The position numbers were made by a program, and so were the translations under genes. This document shows positions 20,666-30,262 of a stretch of 64,000 bases of DNA, one piece after another. Position 1 is the stretch's first letter. Each line of letters starts with the position of its first letter. The notes under the pieces are model-generated. The model saw only the letters and a program-made list of their open reading frames with translations, did not search any database and was not told the DNA's origin. Source of the DNA: Candidatus Poribacteria bacterium (lineage in GTDB: Bacteria; Poribacteria; WGA-4E; UBA9662); contig JAYZAL010000001.1 in the NCBI GenBank assembly GCA_036339735.1, positions 32,001-96,000 on the forward strand, read 5' to 3'.

Positions 20666-21628
20666 CTAGCCCTTAATCGCCCCACTGGTCAAACCGCTAA
20701 TAAACTCTCGCTGCAAAGCAAAAAACAGGATGGCTGGTGGAATAATAGCGATCAGTGTTCCTGCCAAAAATATTCCATATTGTTGGCTATAAACACCTAC
20801 AAATTGATTAAGAATCACCGGTAAGGTCAATTTAGCTTGGGTTTGAATATAAATATTGGGCGCAACAAAAGAGTTCCAATTCCCCAAAAAACTAACCAAA
20901 CAAAAAGCACCTGTCATTGGTCGAACCAGAGGCATGACAATATTTAGATAAATATTAAACTCGCTGCAGCCGTCGATTCGTGCAGCTTCCAACAGGCTAT
21001 TTGGGACAGACAAACAAGCTTGACGAAACAAAAACATACCGAAGGCACTACTTGCTCCTGGTACCAGAAGAGCCCAGTAAGTATCCATCCAACCAATTTT
21101 GTATATCAAGTTATACAAAGGTGCCAGTAATAACATCCCCGGGATCATCATTGTCGCCAACATAAAGTAGATAATTGGAGCCTTTCCCACAAAATCATAT
21201 TTCGCCAAAGCAAAACCACCAAGAGAAGAGAAAAAAAGCGTAATCATAGTCGAGCTGCTAGCTAAAAAGAGAGAGTTCAACAAATATCGCCAAAAGTGGA
21301 CTTCGCCTTTGATCGTTTTTTCGGCTTCAAATAGAGAATCAAGTTCCTCTGTGCTTGGATTATAAAAGTTCTTTAAATTCAAAGTCTTGCTAGACCACTC
21401 GCTGGGTGGCGGCAAAAACGAATATTTCATTAACACATCAGAATCTTTGAAGACAGCACTAATTAGCCAAAAAAACGGTGATAAAATAAGTATAGCGATA
21501 AGAATCAGAATCATGTACCGCTGAAGGACCCTGATTTTCGGCCTATGGCGTGGTAACAGAAAATAAGCTATAAACGAGCCAAGGACTAGAAATATTAAAG
21601 TTATGTGAGAACTGTTAATTTTGTTCAT
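20666..21628 (-). CDS. Carbohydrate ABC transporter permease (MalG-like)
   Basis: EAA loop LLEAARIDGCSE; ends LQREFISGLTSGAIKG. Confidence 0.92.
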   Translation of the reverse strand: MNKINSSHITLIFLVLGSFIAYFLLPRHRPKIRVLQRYMILILIAILILSPFFWLISAVFKDSDVLMKYSFLPPPSEWSSKTLNLKNFYNPSTEELDSLFEAEKTIKGEVHFWRYLLNSLFLASSSTMITLFFSSLGGFALAKYDFVGKAPIIYFMLATMMIPGMLLLAPLYNLIYKIGWMDTYWALLVPGASSAFGMFLFRQACLSVPNSLLEAARIDGCSEFNIYLNIVMPLVRPMTGAFCLVSFLGNWNSFVAPNIYIQTQAKLTLPVILNQFVGVYSQQYGIFLAGTLIAIIPPAILFFALQREFISGLTSGAIKG

Positions 21629-21630
21629 AC

Positions 21631-22509
21631 CTATTCAGTCTCAACACCACGAGCAATAGCCATTTGAGCCATACTAAAAACAAAAATAATTAAAGCCAAA
21701 ATCCAGCCAATAGCAGCACCTGTTCCCAGGTCTCCTGTTTCAAAGGCTGTACGGTACAAATAACCAACGATTGTCAAGCCCGCATCCTTTGGGCCATAAC
21801 CTTGCAACATGGAATATGGCATCTCAAAGAGTTGATATGAACCGATGGTACTCATAATTACCACGAAAATCGCAACTGGTTTAATGGCCGGTACCGTCAC
21901 AGCCCAAAATCTCTGCCAAGAATTAGCACCATCGATTAATGCGGCTTCAGTTAATTCCTGATCGACATTCTGCAATGCCGCCAGAAAGTAAATCATGTTA
22001 AAACCAACATACATCCACATGGAAACAATAATTAGAGCTGGCATCACTAAAGATGGATTTGACAACCATTCTTGGTCTAATCCCCAGAAAATCATCTTCT
22101 GCAGAAATCGGTTAAAAAGACCGTGTCGAGGCATAAATAACAGAGAAAAAATGATACCAACAAAAACTTGACCAACTAAGTGTGGACTAAATAAAATCAG
22201 TCGAAAGACTTCCTTAAGCCGGTCTTTTTTAGAATTCAGCAACAGGGCCAGTCCGAGAGAGAGTGGAAGTTGTAGGCAAAGAGAAGCCAAGGCGTAGATC
22301 GTTGTATTCCAAAAAGCTGTGTGAAAATCGCTATCGCTTAATACAAAAGTAAAATTCTTCCAACCAACAAATATTTTACTTTTCGGACCATTGGTTTGGT
22401 GGAAAGCTAAAAAAATGGCATCAAGGAAAGGATAAATAAAAAAGAAAACTGTTAGTATCAGATATGGGCTTATGAAGAACCATGGGGCTCGGGAAGTCAA
22501 TTTTTTCAT
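21631..22509 (-). CDS. Carbohydrate ABC transporter permease (MalF-like)
   Basis: FVGWKNF, GFNMIYFLAALQ, EAALIDGANSWQRF. Confidence 0.92.
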   Translation of the reverse strand: MKKLTSRAPWFFISPYLILTVFFFIYPFLDAIFLAFHQTNGPKSKIFVGWKNFTFVLSDSDFHTAFWNTTIYALASLCLQLPLSLGLALLLNSKKDRLKEVFRLILFSPHLVGQVFVGIIFSLLFMPRHGLFNRFLQKMIFWGLDQEWLSNPSLVMPALIIVSMWMYVGFNMIYFLAALQNVDQELTEAALIDGANSWQRFWAVTVPAIKPVAIFVVIMSTIGSYQLFEMPYSMLQGYGPKDAGLTIVGYLYRTAFETGDLGTGAAIGWILALIIFVFSMAQMAIARGVETE

Positions 22510-22513
22510 TCAT

Positions 22514-23926
22514 TTAGTTTCGGCTGAGCAGGCCTAGCGATTGCATGTCATAGGTGTAAAAGACGTTATGAGACATCACTTTTTTCACGTAATTAGACAC
22601 TCGTCTGAGCTCAGTTTTGGTGTAACCCATCAACTCAGATTCTCCCTCATTTTGGTAATACTGTGCGGCATTCATAAACGCTTCATTCATTTTAATACGG
22701 GCTAAATCGTAATAGGGACTACCATAATTAGGAGGAATATTGGGAGCTTGAGAAGCATACAGTTGCCCAATTGCTTGATTAGAATACAACGGAATAGGAG
22801 TTTGAAAAATCGGCAATTCCCAAGCATCCTTGACTGGTGGCAAAATGTAGGAATCTATAAATCGCTCACCCAAATCCTCCTTTTTGAGATATAGTTTCTT
22901 GGCATAAGCCCAGGCCAAGTCTTTATTCTTACAAGCCTTAGTGATCGCCAACCCACTACCTCCCCAGGTACTGGTACGACGACCACCAGGTTCCCAAGCT
23001 GGTAGTGGCATCAACGCTAATTTCCCTTCTAAATGTGGGACATCCGTTTCAAACTGCTTACTTCGCCAATCAGGACAATAGTAAAATAGGACTAACCCGT
23101 CGCTTATAGTTTTAGCTAGGCTTTGCCCCCAACCAGCAGAAAAAGCAATTCTATTTGGCCCATAGCATTGTTTGATATACCAAACTATAGTTTCAGCTAC
23201 GCCATCGGTATCAATGGTTAATCTTCCGCTCTCATCAAATAAGCCTTCACCTCTTTGCTGAAGCAGAGGTATGATAACGTCTCCTCCAGCTTTGTTAAGG
23301 TCAATCATAAATCGATCTGGGTTGCCATCCCCGTCAAAATCTTGGGTGACTTGACGGCCTATGCGAGTAAAATCATCCCATGTTTGTATTTGATCGGCAG
23401 AAAACCCCAATTGATCCTCAAAAATATCCCTCCGATAGCAGAGCATCAACGGGTGAACATCGTGTGGTAACGCATAGATACGATTGTTACGAGATAGACG
23501 ACTAAATCGAGATTCTACAAAACGGTCATATAGGGAAACACCATCGACTTTTTCTTGATGAAGGCGATCCGTCAAATCAATGAATCCAATATCTTCAACT
23601 GGACCTTGTGTAAAATACCCCATCGAATCAGCTAGGATCTCGACTAAATCTGGAACCTCGGCATCTGTCATCAAAGCACTTTGTAACCGATCCTTGACCG
23701 CTCGATCAGAAACTAACTGAAGGTGGATTTTAACCCCATGTTCTTTCTCAAATTCTTCAGTTGCTTTCTGATATGCTTCCAAGTGGCTACGTGCAAACGT
23801 CACAAAAACCAAATCGTATTCGATTTGGTCAGAGAAATTAACAAAAACGAGAAGAAGCAGCCCAGTAGCCACCGCCAAAACTAGAATCCAAAAAGGAGCT
23901 TGGCCGTAGGGGAAGTTTTGCATCAA
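22514..23926 (-). CDS. Carbohydrate ABC transporter solute-binding protein (family 1, AraN-like)
   Basis: N-terminal hydrophobic anchor, VPDLVEI, IYALPHD, TWDDF, TSTWGGSGLAITK. Confidence 0.88.
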   Translation of the reverse strand: MMQNFPYGQAPFWILVLAVATGLLLLVFVNFSDQIEYDLVFVTFARSHLEAYQKATEEFEKEHGVKIHLQLVSDRAVKDRLQSALMTDAEVPDLVEILADSMGYFTQGPVEDIGFIDLTDRLHQEKVDGVSLYDRFVESRFSRLSRNNRIYALPHDVHPLMLCYRRDIFEDQLGFSADQIQTWDDFTRIGRQVTQDFDGDGNPDRFMIDLNKAGGDVIIPLLQQRGEGLFDESGRLTIDTDGVAETIVWYIKQCYGPNRIAFSAGWGQSLAKTISDGLVLFYYCPDWRSKQFETDVPHLEGKLALMPLPAWEPGGRRTSTWGGSGLAITKACKNKDLAWAYAKKLYLKKEDLGERFIDSYILPPVKDAWELPIFQTPIPLYSNQAIGQLYASQAPNIPPNYGSPYYDLARIKMNEAFMNAAQYYQNEGESELMGYTKTELRRVSNYVKKVMSHNVFYTYDMQSLGLLSRN

Positions 23927-23953
23927 CGCATACCAATATGTAAGTAAGTCGTC

Positions 23954-24718
23954 CTAGGTAACTTGGCAGAGAGAATCTGCTTGTCGAAGAGCCGCCTTCC
24001 AATCTCCTTTGGGCGTAAACTCGTGTCCTACAAAGCCGTCGTACCCGGTGTCGGCAATGGCTTGAAAAATTGGTGGATAGTAGATCTCTTGCTGATCATC
24101 CAAATCATTTCGACCGGGGTTACCTGCGGTATGGTAGTGGCCAATATATTGGTGATTATCCCTGATATTACGGATGATGTCTCCTTCCATAATCTGCATA
24201 TGATAGATGTCATACAGCAGCTTGACATGAGATGAATTCACACGCTGGCAAACTTCGACTCCCCAAGGAGTTTTGTCACACTGATAATCTGGATGGTTGA
24301 CCTTACTGTTCAACAATTCTAATATTAGCATCACATCAGCCGATTCTGCAGCTTTGGTGACTCGTTCTAACCCACGTGCCGTGATATCTATTCCCTCAGC
24401 GTCAGTAATATCATCATAACGATTTCCAGAAAAACAAATTAGGTTAACAATGCCAAACTCTTTTGCTAATTCGATATTTTTCGATAATTCGTCTTCGATA
24501 CGACTATGATTCTCGGGTTTATTGAGGCCGTCAGTTAGCGATGCATGTCCCCCGTGGGTTGCAATAGTTAAACCTAAGTCATTTGCCATCGACCAGTATT
24601 TTTGATCAATCATTTCCACGCCTGGAATTCCAAGTTCGACCAGGCCTTTCAAAAAAATCTCCGTCGTCACCTCTCCGCGCACAAAGCACCAACCCGGTGC
24701 AGCTTGTCTCAGTCCCAT
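23954..24718 (-). CDS. Hydroxypyruvate isomerase (Hyi)-family TIM barrel protein
   Basis: ICFSGNR, LELLNSKVNHPDY, KLLYDIYHMQIMEGD, HYHTAGNPGR, GHEF. Confidence 0.88.
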   Translation of the reverse strand: MGLRQAAPGWCFVRGEVTTEIFLKGLVELGIPGVEMIDQKYWSMANDLGLTIATHGGHASLTDGLNKPENHSRIEDELSKNIELAKEFGIVNLICFSGNRYDDITDAEGIDITARGLERVTKAAESADVMLILELLNSKVNHPDYQCDKTPWGVEVCQRVNSSHVKLLYDIYHMQIMEGDIIRNIRDNHQYIGHYHTAGNPGRNDLDDQQEIYYPPIFQAIADTGYDGFVGHEFTPKGDWKAALRQADSLCQVT

Positions 24719-24770
24719 AAAAATTCCTTCTGATATGTGATTAGTGATAGTTAATAAGGCTAACCGCCAC

Positions 24771-24800
24771 AGTTTATCAATTTTGTTATTGATCTGTCAA
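24771..24800 (-). promoter_or_regulatory. sigma70-type promoter for the hyi-like/sugar ABC cluster
   Basis: Minus strand TTGACA-18 bp-TAAACT with extended TGA. AAGGA SD before ATG 24718. Confidence 0.6.
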
Positions 24801-24805
24801 TCTTG

Positions 24806-26317
24806 TCACTGAGTAGAGAAAATTTGATTGCTAGCAACGACGAACCGAGTGGAAATCTTCAATCTCTTTCTCACTTGTTGTGAGATACTATCAATAATAA
24901 TATTAAGCGTAGCGGTGATAAGGATCAGCAAAATAGCTTTGTCAAGCTGATCTTCCGCAATAGCACTGTCAATATAAAAACCAAGCGTATATATGCCTAA
25001 AATACCTAGGATGGCAGACTCCCGCATAATAATTTCCCATCGATAGAATAAAAAAGCCAAAAATTGGCCGTAGACTCGAGGTAAAACTAAATATGTATAT
25101 CGGTCAAAATGTCGCTTGGGAGCATCTGATCGTAACTTTATTAAATCGGCGTTGTTACTAGTCAAAAATGATAAAATTGCACCATTGTGTAATGTGATGG
25201 CCAAAATAGCCGGTAACATGGAAGGGCCATAGATCAGAATAAAAACATAAGCCAAAATATACTCTGGCGTAGTTCGGCACACGATTAATAAGAATCGAGT
25301 AATTGGTTTTATCGGTCTGTAGCTCAAGTTTCGACAAGCGAAAGGAAAAGCTAGCAAGGTGAAAATTCCCGTTGTAGCTAATACAATTTGCGTTAGTAAA
25401 ATCGTATTCCAGACTCCTTCTGCTCCAGCATCATGCCAAGTATTTATTAACCATGATAATATCTCAGTCACTGAAAAATTAATTTCCTGATTACCGGATA
25501 TCGGATCCACTCTCCTCAGGGGCCAAGGCATAATATCAACGGTCAGAAATCTGATCATGTTAGCCCAAGATATCGATATTTTTTGCGATAAAAATGTAAA
25601 GGAAATGACAATATAAGGGATTATTAACTTAGGCCTAGCCCAGTACTTAAGTGCGGCTATCAACAAATAAAAAGCGTAGAGTAATGCCCAAGCATGGTTA
25701 TAAATACCCTCGCGAAAAGCGGTTTCCAGATGATAGCCAATTGTTGGCAAACCAATAAAACCGAGAATTGTACTTGAACGTAGGGCACACTCGAACCGAT
25801 AGCCCGTATAAAGCTTAGCATCAGTATAAACAACTGGTAAAACAGCGTAAATAAAGGAGCTAAAGCCATCAGCTCTCGGTGGTATACCTACTAATGGTCG
25901 GCGGTCGGATTCTTGAGCAATTTCCGCGTAAACTTTGGCGAAAATACCTGAATAAGGAATTGCAATAGATAAAACGCCACAGATGGGATTAAGACCGACG
26001 AGATTAAGGAAAATAAAAGCCCAAAAAATCTCATGAACTGATCGTATAAAAGCGCAGAGTAAACGGACTGGGGCCCAACCAAAACCTAAGGCTAGAACCC
26101 CCCCCCAAAAGGCCGCCAAAGACGTACCAGCGAATGCAAAAATTACCGTATTTAAAAAAGCCGACTTAAATTTCCAGAGAACAGAAAAGTCTGGTTGAAC
26201 AGCTCCTAATGCGATTTCGCCCAATTCCGACCAAGCGGATAAGGTTGTTACTTCCAAATCAGCAAACAGCAAGGCAAGCAACGCTAAAACGACTAAGATC
26301 AAACTGGATCTAAGCAT
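24806..26317 (-). CDS. ABC permease with two fused PhnE/PtxC-like domains
   Basis: Duplicated motifs RSVHEIFWA...YRFECALRSSTILGFIG and RTTPEYILA...YRWEIIMRESAILGILG. Confidence 0.85.
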   Translation of the reverse strand: MLRSSLILVVLALLALLFADLEVTTLSAWSELGEIALGAVQPDFSVLWKFKSAFLNTVIFAFAGTSLAAFWGGVLALGFGWAPVRLLCAFIRSVHEIFWAFIFLNLVGLNPICGVLSIAIPYSGIFAKVYAEIAQESDRRPLVGIPPRADGFSSFIYAVLPVVYTDAKLYTGYRFECALRSSTILGFIGLPTIGYHLETAFREGIYNHAWALLYAFYLLIAALKYWARPKLIIPYIVISFTFLSQKISISWANMIRFLTVDIMPWPLRRVDPISGNQEINFSVTEILSWLINTWHDAGAEGVWNTILLTQIVLATTGIFTLLAFPFACRNLSYRPIKPITRFLLIVCRTTPEYILAYVFILIYGPSMLPAILAITLHNGAILSFLTSNNADLIKLRSDAPKRHFDRYTYLVLPRVYGQFLAFLFYRWEIIMRESAILGILGIYTLGFYIDSAIAEDQLDKAILLILITATLNIIIDSISQQVRKRLKISTRFVVASNQIFSTQ

Positions 26318-26345
26318 ACTGTTTTAGACCGACACAATAAGGCTA

Positions 26346-27023
26346 TTAACGATGGTAAAGTTTATTTAGCATATCATTGGTAACTTCTTCGGAAGGCGAG
26401 TCAAATAAAACTCTACCCTGTCGTAACCCTATAATGCGTTGAGCATACTGTCTAGCAAAGTTGACTGCATGCAGCGAAGCAATAACAGTTTTTGTACCTC
26501 CAAATATGAGGTTAAGCACAGTTTCAGCTTGCTGAATGTCGATAGACGCAACTGGCTCGTCTGCTAAGAAAAGATGCCCACCTCTATAGACCGCGCGTGC
26601 AATTGCTGTTCGTTGTTGCTGGCCACCAGATAGTGTGCCAACTCTTTGATTGATTTGTTCAACTAGATCTAGGTCTTTTAAAACTGATTCTATTTCGGCA
26701 CGTACGTTTGATTGAGGCCGGATTAGATTTCTCAGGTTAGCCCCGACTGAATTGCGGTCCAACCGTCCTATGTAGACGTTGTGGAAAACCGATAGCTGTG
26801 GAACCAAAGCGTAATCTTGATGTACGAAAGCCGATTCGTCGTTTGGGTTCTGGATCTGATTCTTTTCGTGAAGGCAATATAATAAGGTCGTTTTCCCTGA
26901 GCCACTCGGTCCAATTAATGCAATTTTTTCACCGCGTTCAATCTTAAGTGTGATTTGTTGAAGGGCAATCTTAGCTTTGTAGGCTACCTTTTCATCTACC
27001 AAATTAAATAATTCACTAGCCAT
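26346..27023 (-). CDS. ABC transporter ATPase (PhnC-like)
   Basis: [35 protein letters not shown]. Confidence 0.9.
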   Translation of the reverse strand: MASELFNLVDEKVAYKAKIALQQITLKIERGEKIALIGPSGSGKTTLLYCLHEKNQIQNPNDESAFVHQDYALVPQLSVFHNVYIGRLDRNSVGANLRNLIRPQSNVRAEIESVLKDLDLVEQINQRVGTLSGGQQQRTAIARAVYRGGHLFLADEPVASIDIQQAETVLNLIFGGTKTVIASLHAVNFARQYAQRIIGLRQGRVLFDSPSEEVTNDMLNKLYHR

Positions 27024-27026
27024 CTC

Positions 27027-27932
27027 CTATTGTCGGATAATACCAACGTCAACTGCCGTATCCAAAATTGTTTGGAACATAGAATTATCCGCGGGAATAA
27101 AACCAGCTCTTGGGAAAGAAGCAAGTATTTCAGGATCAGTTAATCCAATCAAGGCTTGTTGGACTTTTTGGCTAAAGCCATCACCATATGTTTGATCCAC
27201 ATCGCCCCGGATTGTCCAGTTGTAATCAGGGTAAGTCGGTGTTCGCCAAATAACTTGCACGCGCTTGGAATCGACTTTCCCATTTAAGACGGCTTTCTGC
27301 CAAACTTTGTAATTGATGGCTCCAATCTCATAACTTCCTGACTGGACAAGCTCTAATGTCTTTGTATGATCTCCACTGTAACCGACACGCTTAAAAATAA
27401 GACGTGGTTCCTTCTGAAGTGATTGGCGAATAAAATATTCTGGCATCAAACGACCAGAGGTAGAGCTTTTGGATCCAAAAGTGAACGTTTTTCCTACTAT
27501 TCCAGTTGGAAAATTCTCGGTAAAAGACAGACCAGTAGCAGTGTTGGCGATAAAATAAGTCATAAAATTAGGGTCATCCTTACCCTGAGCTATTGCTCGA
27601 GAATTAGGAACAGCCAAACGAGCCTGTACTCCGGACAGCCCACCAAACCAAGCTAATTGAACCTGATTGTTTTTGAAGGCTTGTACCGATGCGCTATAAG
27701 ATTTGACGGGTACATATTTGACGGACTGACCTAACTGTGAAGTTAGGTAATTAGCGATTTTGCTGAATCGCTCTTGTAAATCCACGGTATCTTGATCAGG
27801 AATGGCTGTAAAAGTAAAATCAATACTTTCAGCAGTAACTTGCCCGGCAATTATAATGGCAATTGCCAGCGCAAAAAAACATTTCCGGTTGAGTCTAAAC
27901 TTTTTCAATACTAAACACCTATAAAAATTCAA
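27027..27932 (-). CDS. PhnD-family solute-binding protein, putative selenate-ABC subtype
   Basis: FTAIPDQD, LAWFGGLSGVQAR, FTFGSKSSTSGRLMP, YPDYNWTIRG. Signal peptide FALAIAIIIAGQVTA. The true start codon is uncertain. Confidence 0.8.
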   Translation of the reverse strand: MNFYRCLVLKKFRLNRKCFFALAIAIIIAGQVTAESIDFTFTAIPDQDTVDLQERFSKIANYLTSQLGQSVKYVPVKSYSASVQAFKNNQVQLAWFGGLSGVQARLAVPNSRAIAQGKDDPNFMTYFIANTATGLSFTENFPTGIVGKTFTFGSKSSTSGRLMPEYFIRQSLQKEPRLIFKRVGYSGDHTKTLELVQSGSYEIGAINYKVWQKAVLNGKVDSKRVQVIWRTPTYPDYNWTIRGDVDQTYGDGFSQKVQQALIGLTDPEILASFPRAGFIPADNSMFQTILDTAVDVGIIRQ

Positions 27933-28274
27933 AATTTGAACGTACGTCTACTGTTATCGAGCCAAGGCTCACCGATCACAACGAGAGGAAACTCATAGCC
28001 TATAACTTAAAGTAGAACATATCTGATTACTAGGGTAATTAGTGATTTACACTCAACAGACAGGATAACCGAATTTAGGTGGGTTGTTTCGAATAGTAAG
28101 GCAGACTATCCATCAAGGGTGAAACACAAATACCCATATTAAGAAGGCACAATCCTTGTACCAAATGGCTATTTCATCTTCAGTAATAGGTATAGTGATG
28201 TTTCATTCATTATCCCCTGATATAGCGACCCCTATTATACTAATAACCTAACGGAAAATCAAAAACTTCCCCCG

Positions 28275-28670
28275 TTAATCACCTAACGTTTTTTGGTAAT
28301 CTTTTATGATATCTCGGGTTTGTCCCCAGATAATTACTAACTGATCATACAATTTGCATTGTTGAGAAATGTAATTGATGTTGCTAGCATCATTAATTTC
28401 AGCGGCAATGTAAGCTGCACGATACAAACAACAGGTTCCGAGTACTCCCTTCATCCAGTGGCTGATTTTCTTAATAGATGACTGATCTTGATTGGAGATA
28501 GCAGTTTCCAAGAGTGGTAACCGGATTTCCATCGCTTGCACTAGTTGATCAGTCATTTCATGTACAAAATTCTCATCTCCAATCTCTAATAAAGACTTGG
28601 GATCAAAAAGTGGCAAATTGGTGCTCGGTGGCGAGAACTTATGTGTGAGTAGGTTTTTGCTATCAGGCAT
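28275..28670 (-). CDS. Stand-alone Hpt (histidine phosphotransfer) domain protein
   Basis: Helical protein with LETAI..D...IKKISHWMKGVLGT (H-x-x-K-G phosphoacceptor motif). Confidence 0.7.
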   Translation of the reverse strand: MPDSKNLLTHKFSPPSTNLPLFDPKSLLEIGDENFVHEMTDQLVQAMEIRLPLLETAISNQDQSSIKKISHWMKGVLGTCCLYRAAYIAAEINDASNINYISQQCKLYDQLVIIWGQTRDIIKDYQKTLGD

Positions 28671-28862
28671 CTATCTTTCTTTCTTGCTATCCATTGTTCA
28701 AAAGTAATGAATTACCGTAACATAAAGCCTTAGAATTCATCAATTTCTATTTGTTTTTGTGACAAACAATGGTTGGCTAAATTCGTCCGAATATCCCCAA
28801 ACTAATCGAGTAAATGGTATAATCGCGTCTTTTGTCCTAAATCCATTTCATTCAGAGTTTCA

Positions 28863-30170
28863 ATGACTATTCCTGATAATACTGATGATCGGGCTTTTAC
28901 ATTAGGGGTACTAAACGGTGCTTTATGGTCGGTAGTGACTGCAGCTATTCACCCTGAACTAGTGTTAACTGCCTTTCTCTTACGACTCAATAATTCAGTT
29001 ATTATGGCGACATTACCTGCGGCCATAATGCGGCTAGGAATGATGGTTTCTAATATCCTGATTGCTAATGTGGCCGAAACTTGGAAGCGTAAGAAGCCTT
29101 TTTACATTGGCGGTGGTGTTTTTCGAGTGATTATGCTTAGCCTGATGGCTTTGGCCGCAAAAACAATGGGCTCAACTCAACCATTCCTACTAGCTTGGTT
29201 ATTCCTAATTCTTCTGGGTTTATATTCAGCAGCCATTGGATCTAGTAGTATTGGCTTTAACGAAATAATAGCCAAGACTATATCTATTAGACGACGTGGC
29301 CAATTAATGGGTTTGCGAGGATTTTTCGGAGGAATTGTTGGCATTGGTAGTGGATTTTACGTGCGCCAAATCCTGAGTGAAAGTGGACCAGATTTTCCAA
29401 ACAACTATGCACTTCTTTTTGCTACGGCTTCCTTCTTTCTGGGGTGCTGTCTAGTGTGTTTTGGATTTGTTTATGAGCCTGCAGGGCACGCTCATTCTTC
29501 ACGCACACCTTTGTTTAAGCATATTGCCCAAGGTATTAGTATTTTCAGGGAGAATGCCAACTTTCGTTTACTATTCGTAGCTAGTTGTGTCTGCTCCGCC
29601 ACCATAGTTGGTCCTGTAGTTTATGTTCCTTATGCCATTAAAATCCTTCTTATTCCTACCAGTTTCATTGGTTATTTACTTGTATTATCTGCAGCTGTAA
29701 CGCTACCTCTTAACTTTCTCTGGAGCTATATCGGTGATCGACATGGTAATCGCCTATTGGCGATCACCTCTATCAGTATGTTTCTACTATCACCAATCCT
29801 AGTATTATTTTCGCTATATTTTGTCAAACAAGTTGGTATAGGATGGGAAACACCTATCGGTTACGTTACACCAGCCTTGATTTGCCTAATCTTGGCACAA
29901 GCCATTTTTACCACGAGTAGTGGTGGATTTATGATTAGCCGTATGAATTACCTACTAGAAATTGCCCCCGAAGAATATAGACCTTCCTACATTGCTTTCA
30001 TGAACGTTATGTTGGCCCCCACCGCATTTTTCCCGATTCTGGGTGGGCTTATTGTCGAGAACTTCTCATTCCAAGCCAGTTTCTGCATGTCTTTTCTGCT
30101 AGGCTTATTCAGTTTGTATTACGCTTATAAACTGGGTGAACCTCGTCAAAAGAACCTAGCTGAAAGTTGA
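28863..30170 (+). CDS. MFS transporter
   Basis: About 12 TM segments. [35 protein letters not shown]. Confidence 0.85.
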   Translation: MTIPDNTDDRAFTLGVLNGALWSVVTAAIHPELVLTAFLLRLNNSVIMATLPAAIMRLGMMVSNILIANVAETWKRKKPFYIGGGVFRVIMLSLMALAAKTMGSTQPFLLAWLFLILLGLYSAAIGSSSIGFNEIIAKTISIRRRGQLMGLRGFFGGIVGIGSGFYVRQILSESGPDFPNNYALLFATASFFLGCCLVCFGFVYEPAGHAHSSRTPLFKHIAQGISIFRENANFRLLFVASCVCSATIVGPVVYVPYAIKILLIPTSFIGYLLVLSAAVTLPLNFLWSYIGDRHGNRLLAITSISMFLLSPILVLFSLYFVKQVGIGWETPIGYVTPALICLILAQAIFTTSSGGFMISRMNYLLEIAPEEYRPSYIAFMNVMLAPTAFFPILGGLIVENFSFQASFCMSFLLGLFSLYYAYKLGEPRQKNLAES

Positions 30171-30262
30171 ATCAATTCCTATTATCGGTTAAGATGTTAA
30201 AGTTTCAGGGAGGCAACGACTCAAACCAGTTTGGCCTCAAACTTATAACCAAAGGATCCACA

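Noticed and set aside
27933..28274. Possible riboswitch, SECIS-like element or small ORF upstream of the selenate-type binding protein
   Set aside because: No known riboswitch consensus, convincing stem or credible ORF found by eye.
30167..30262. N-terminal extension of IlvD from TTG 30167
   Set aside because: ATG 30263 has an AAGGA SD and matches where IlvD homology begins.
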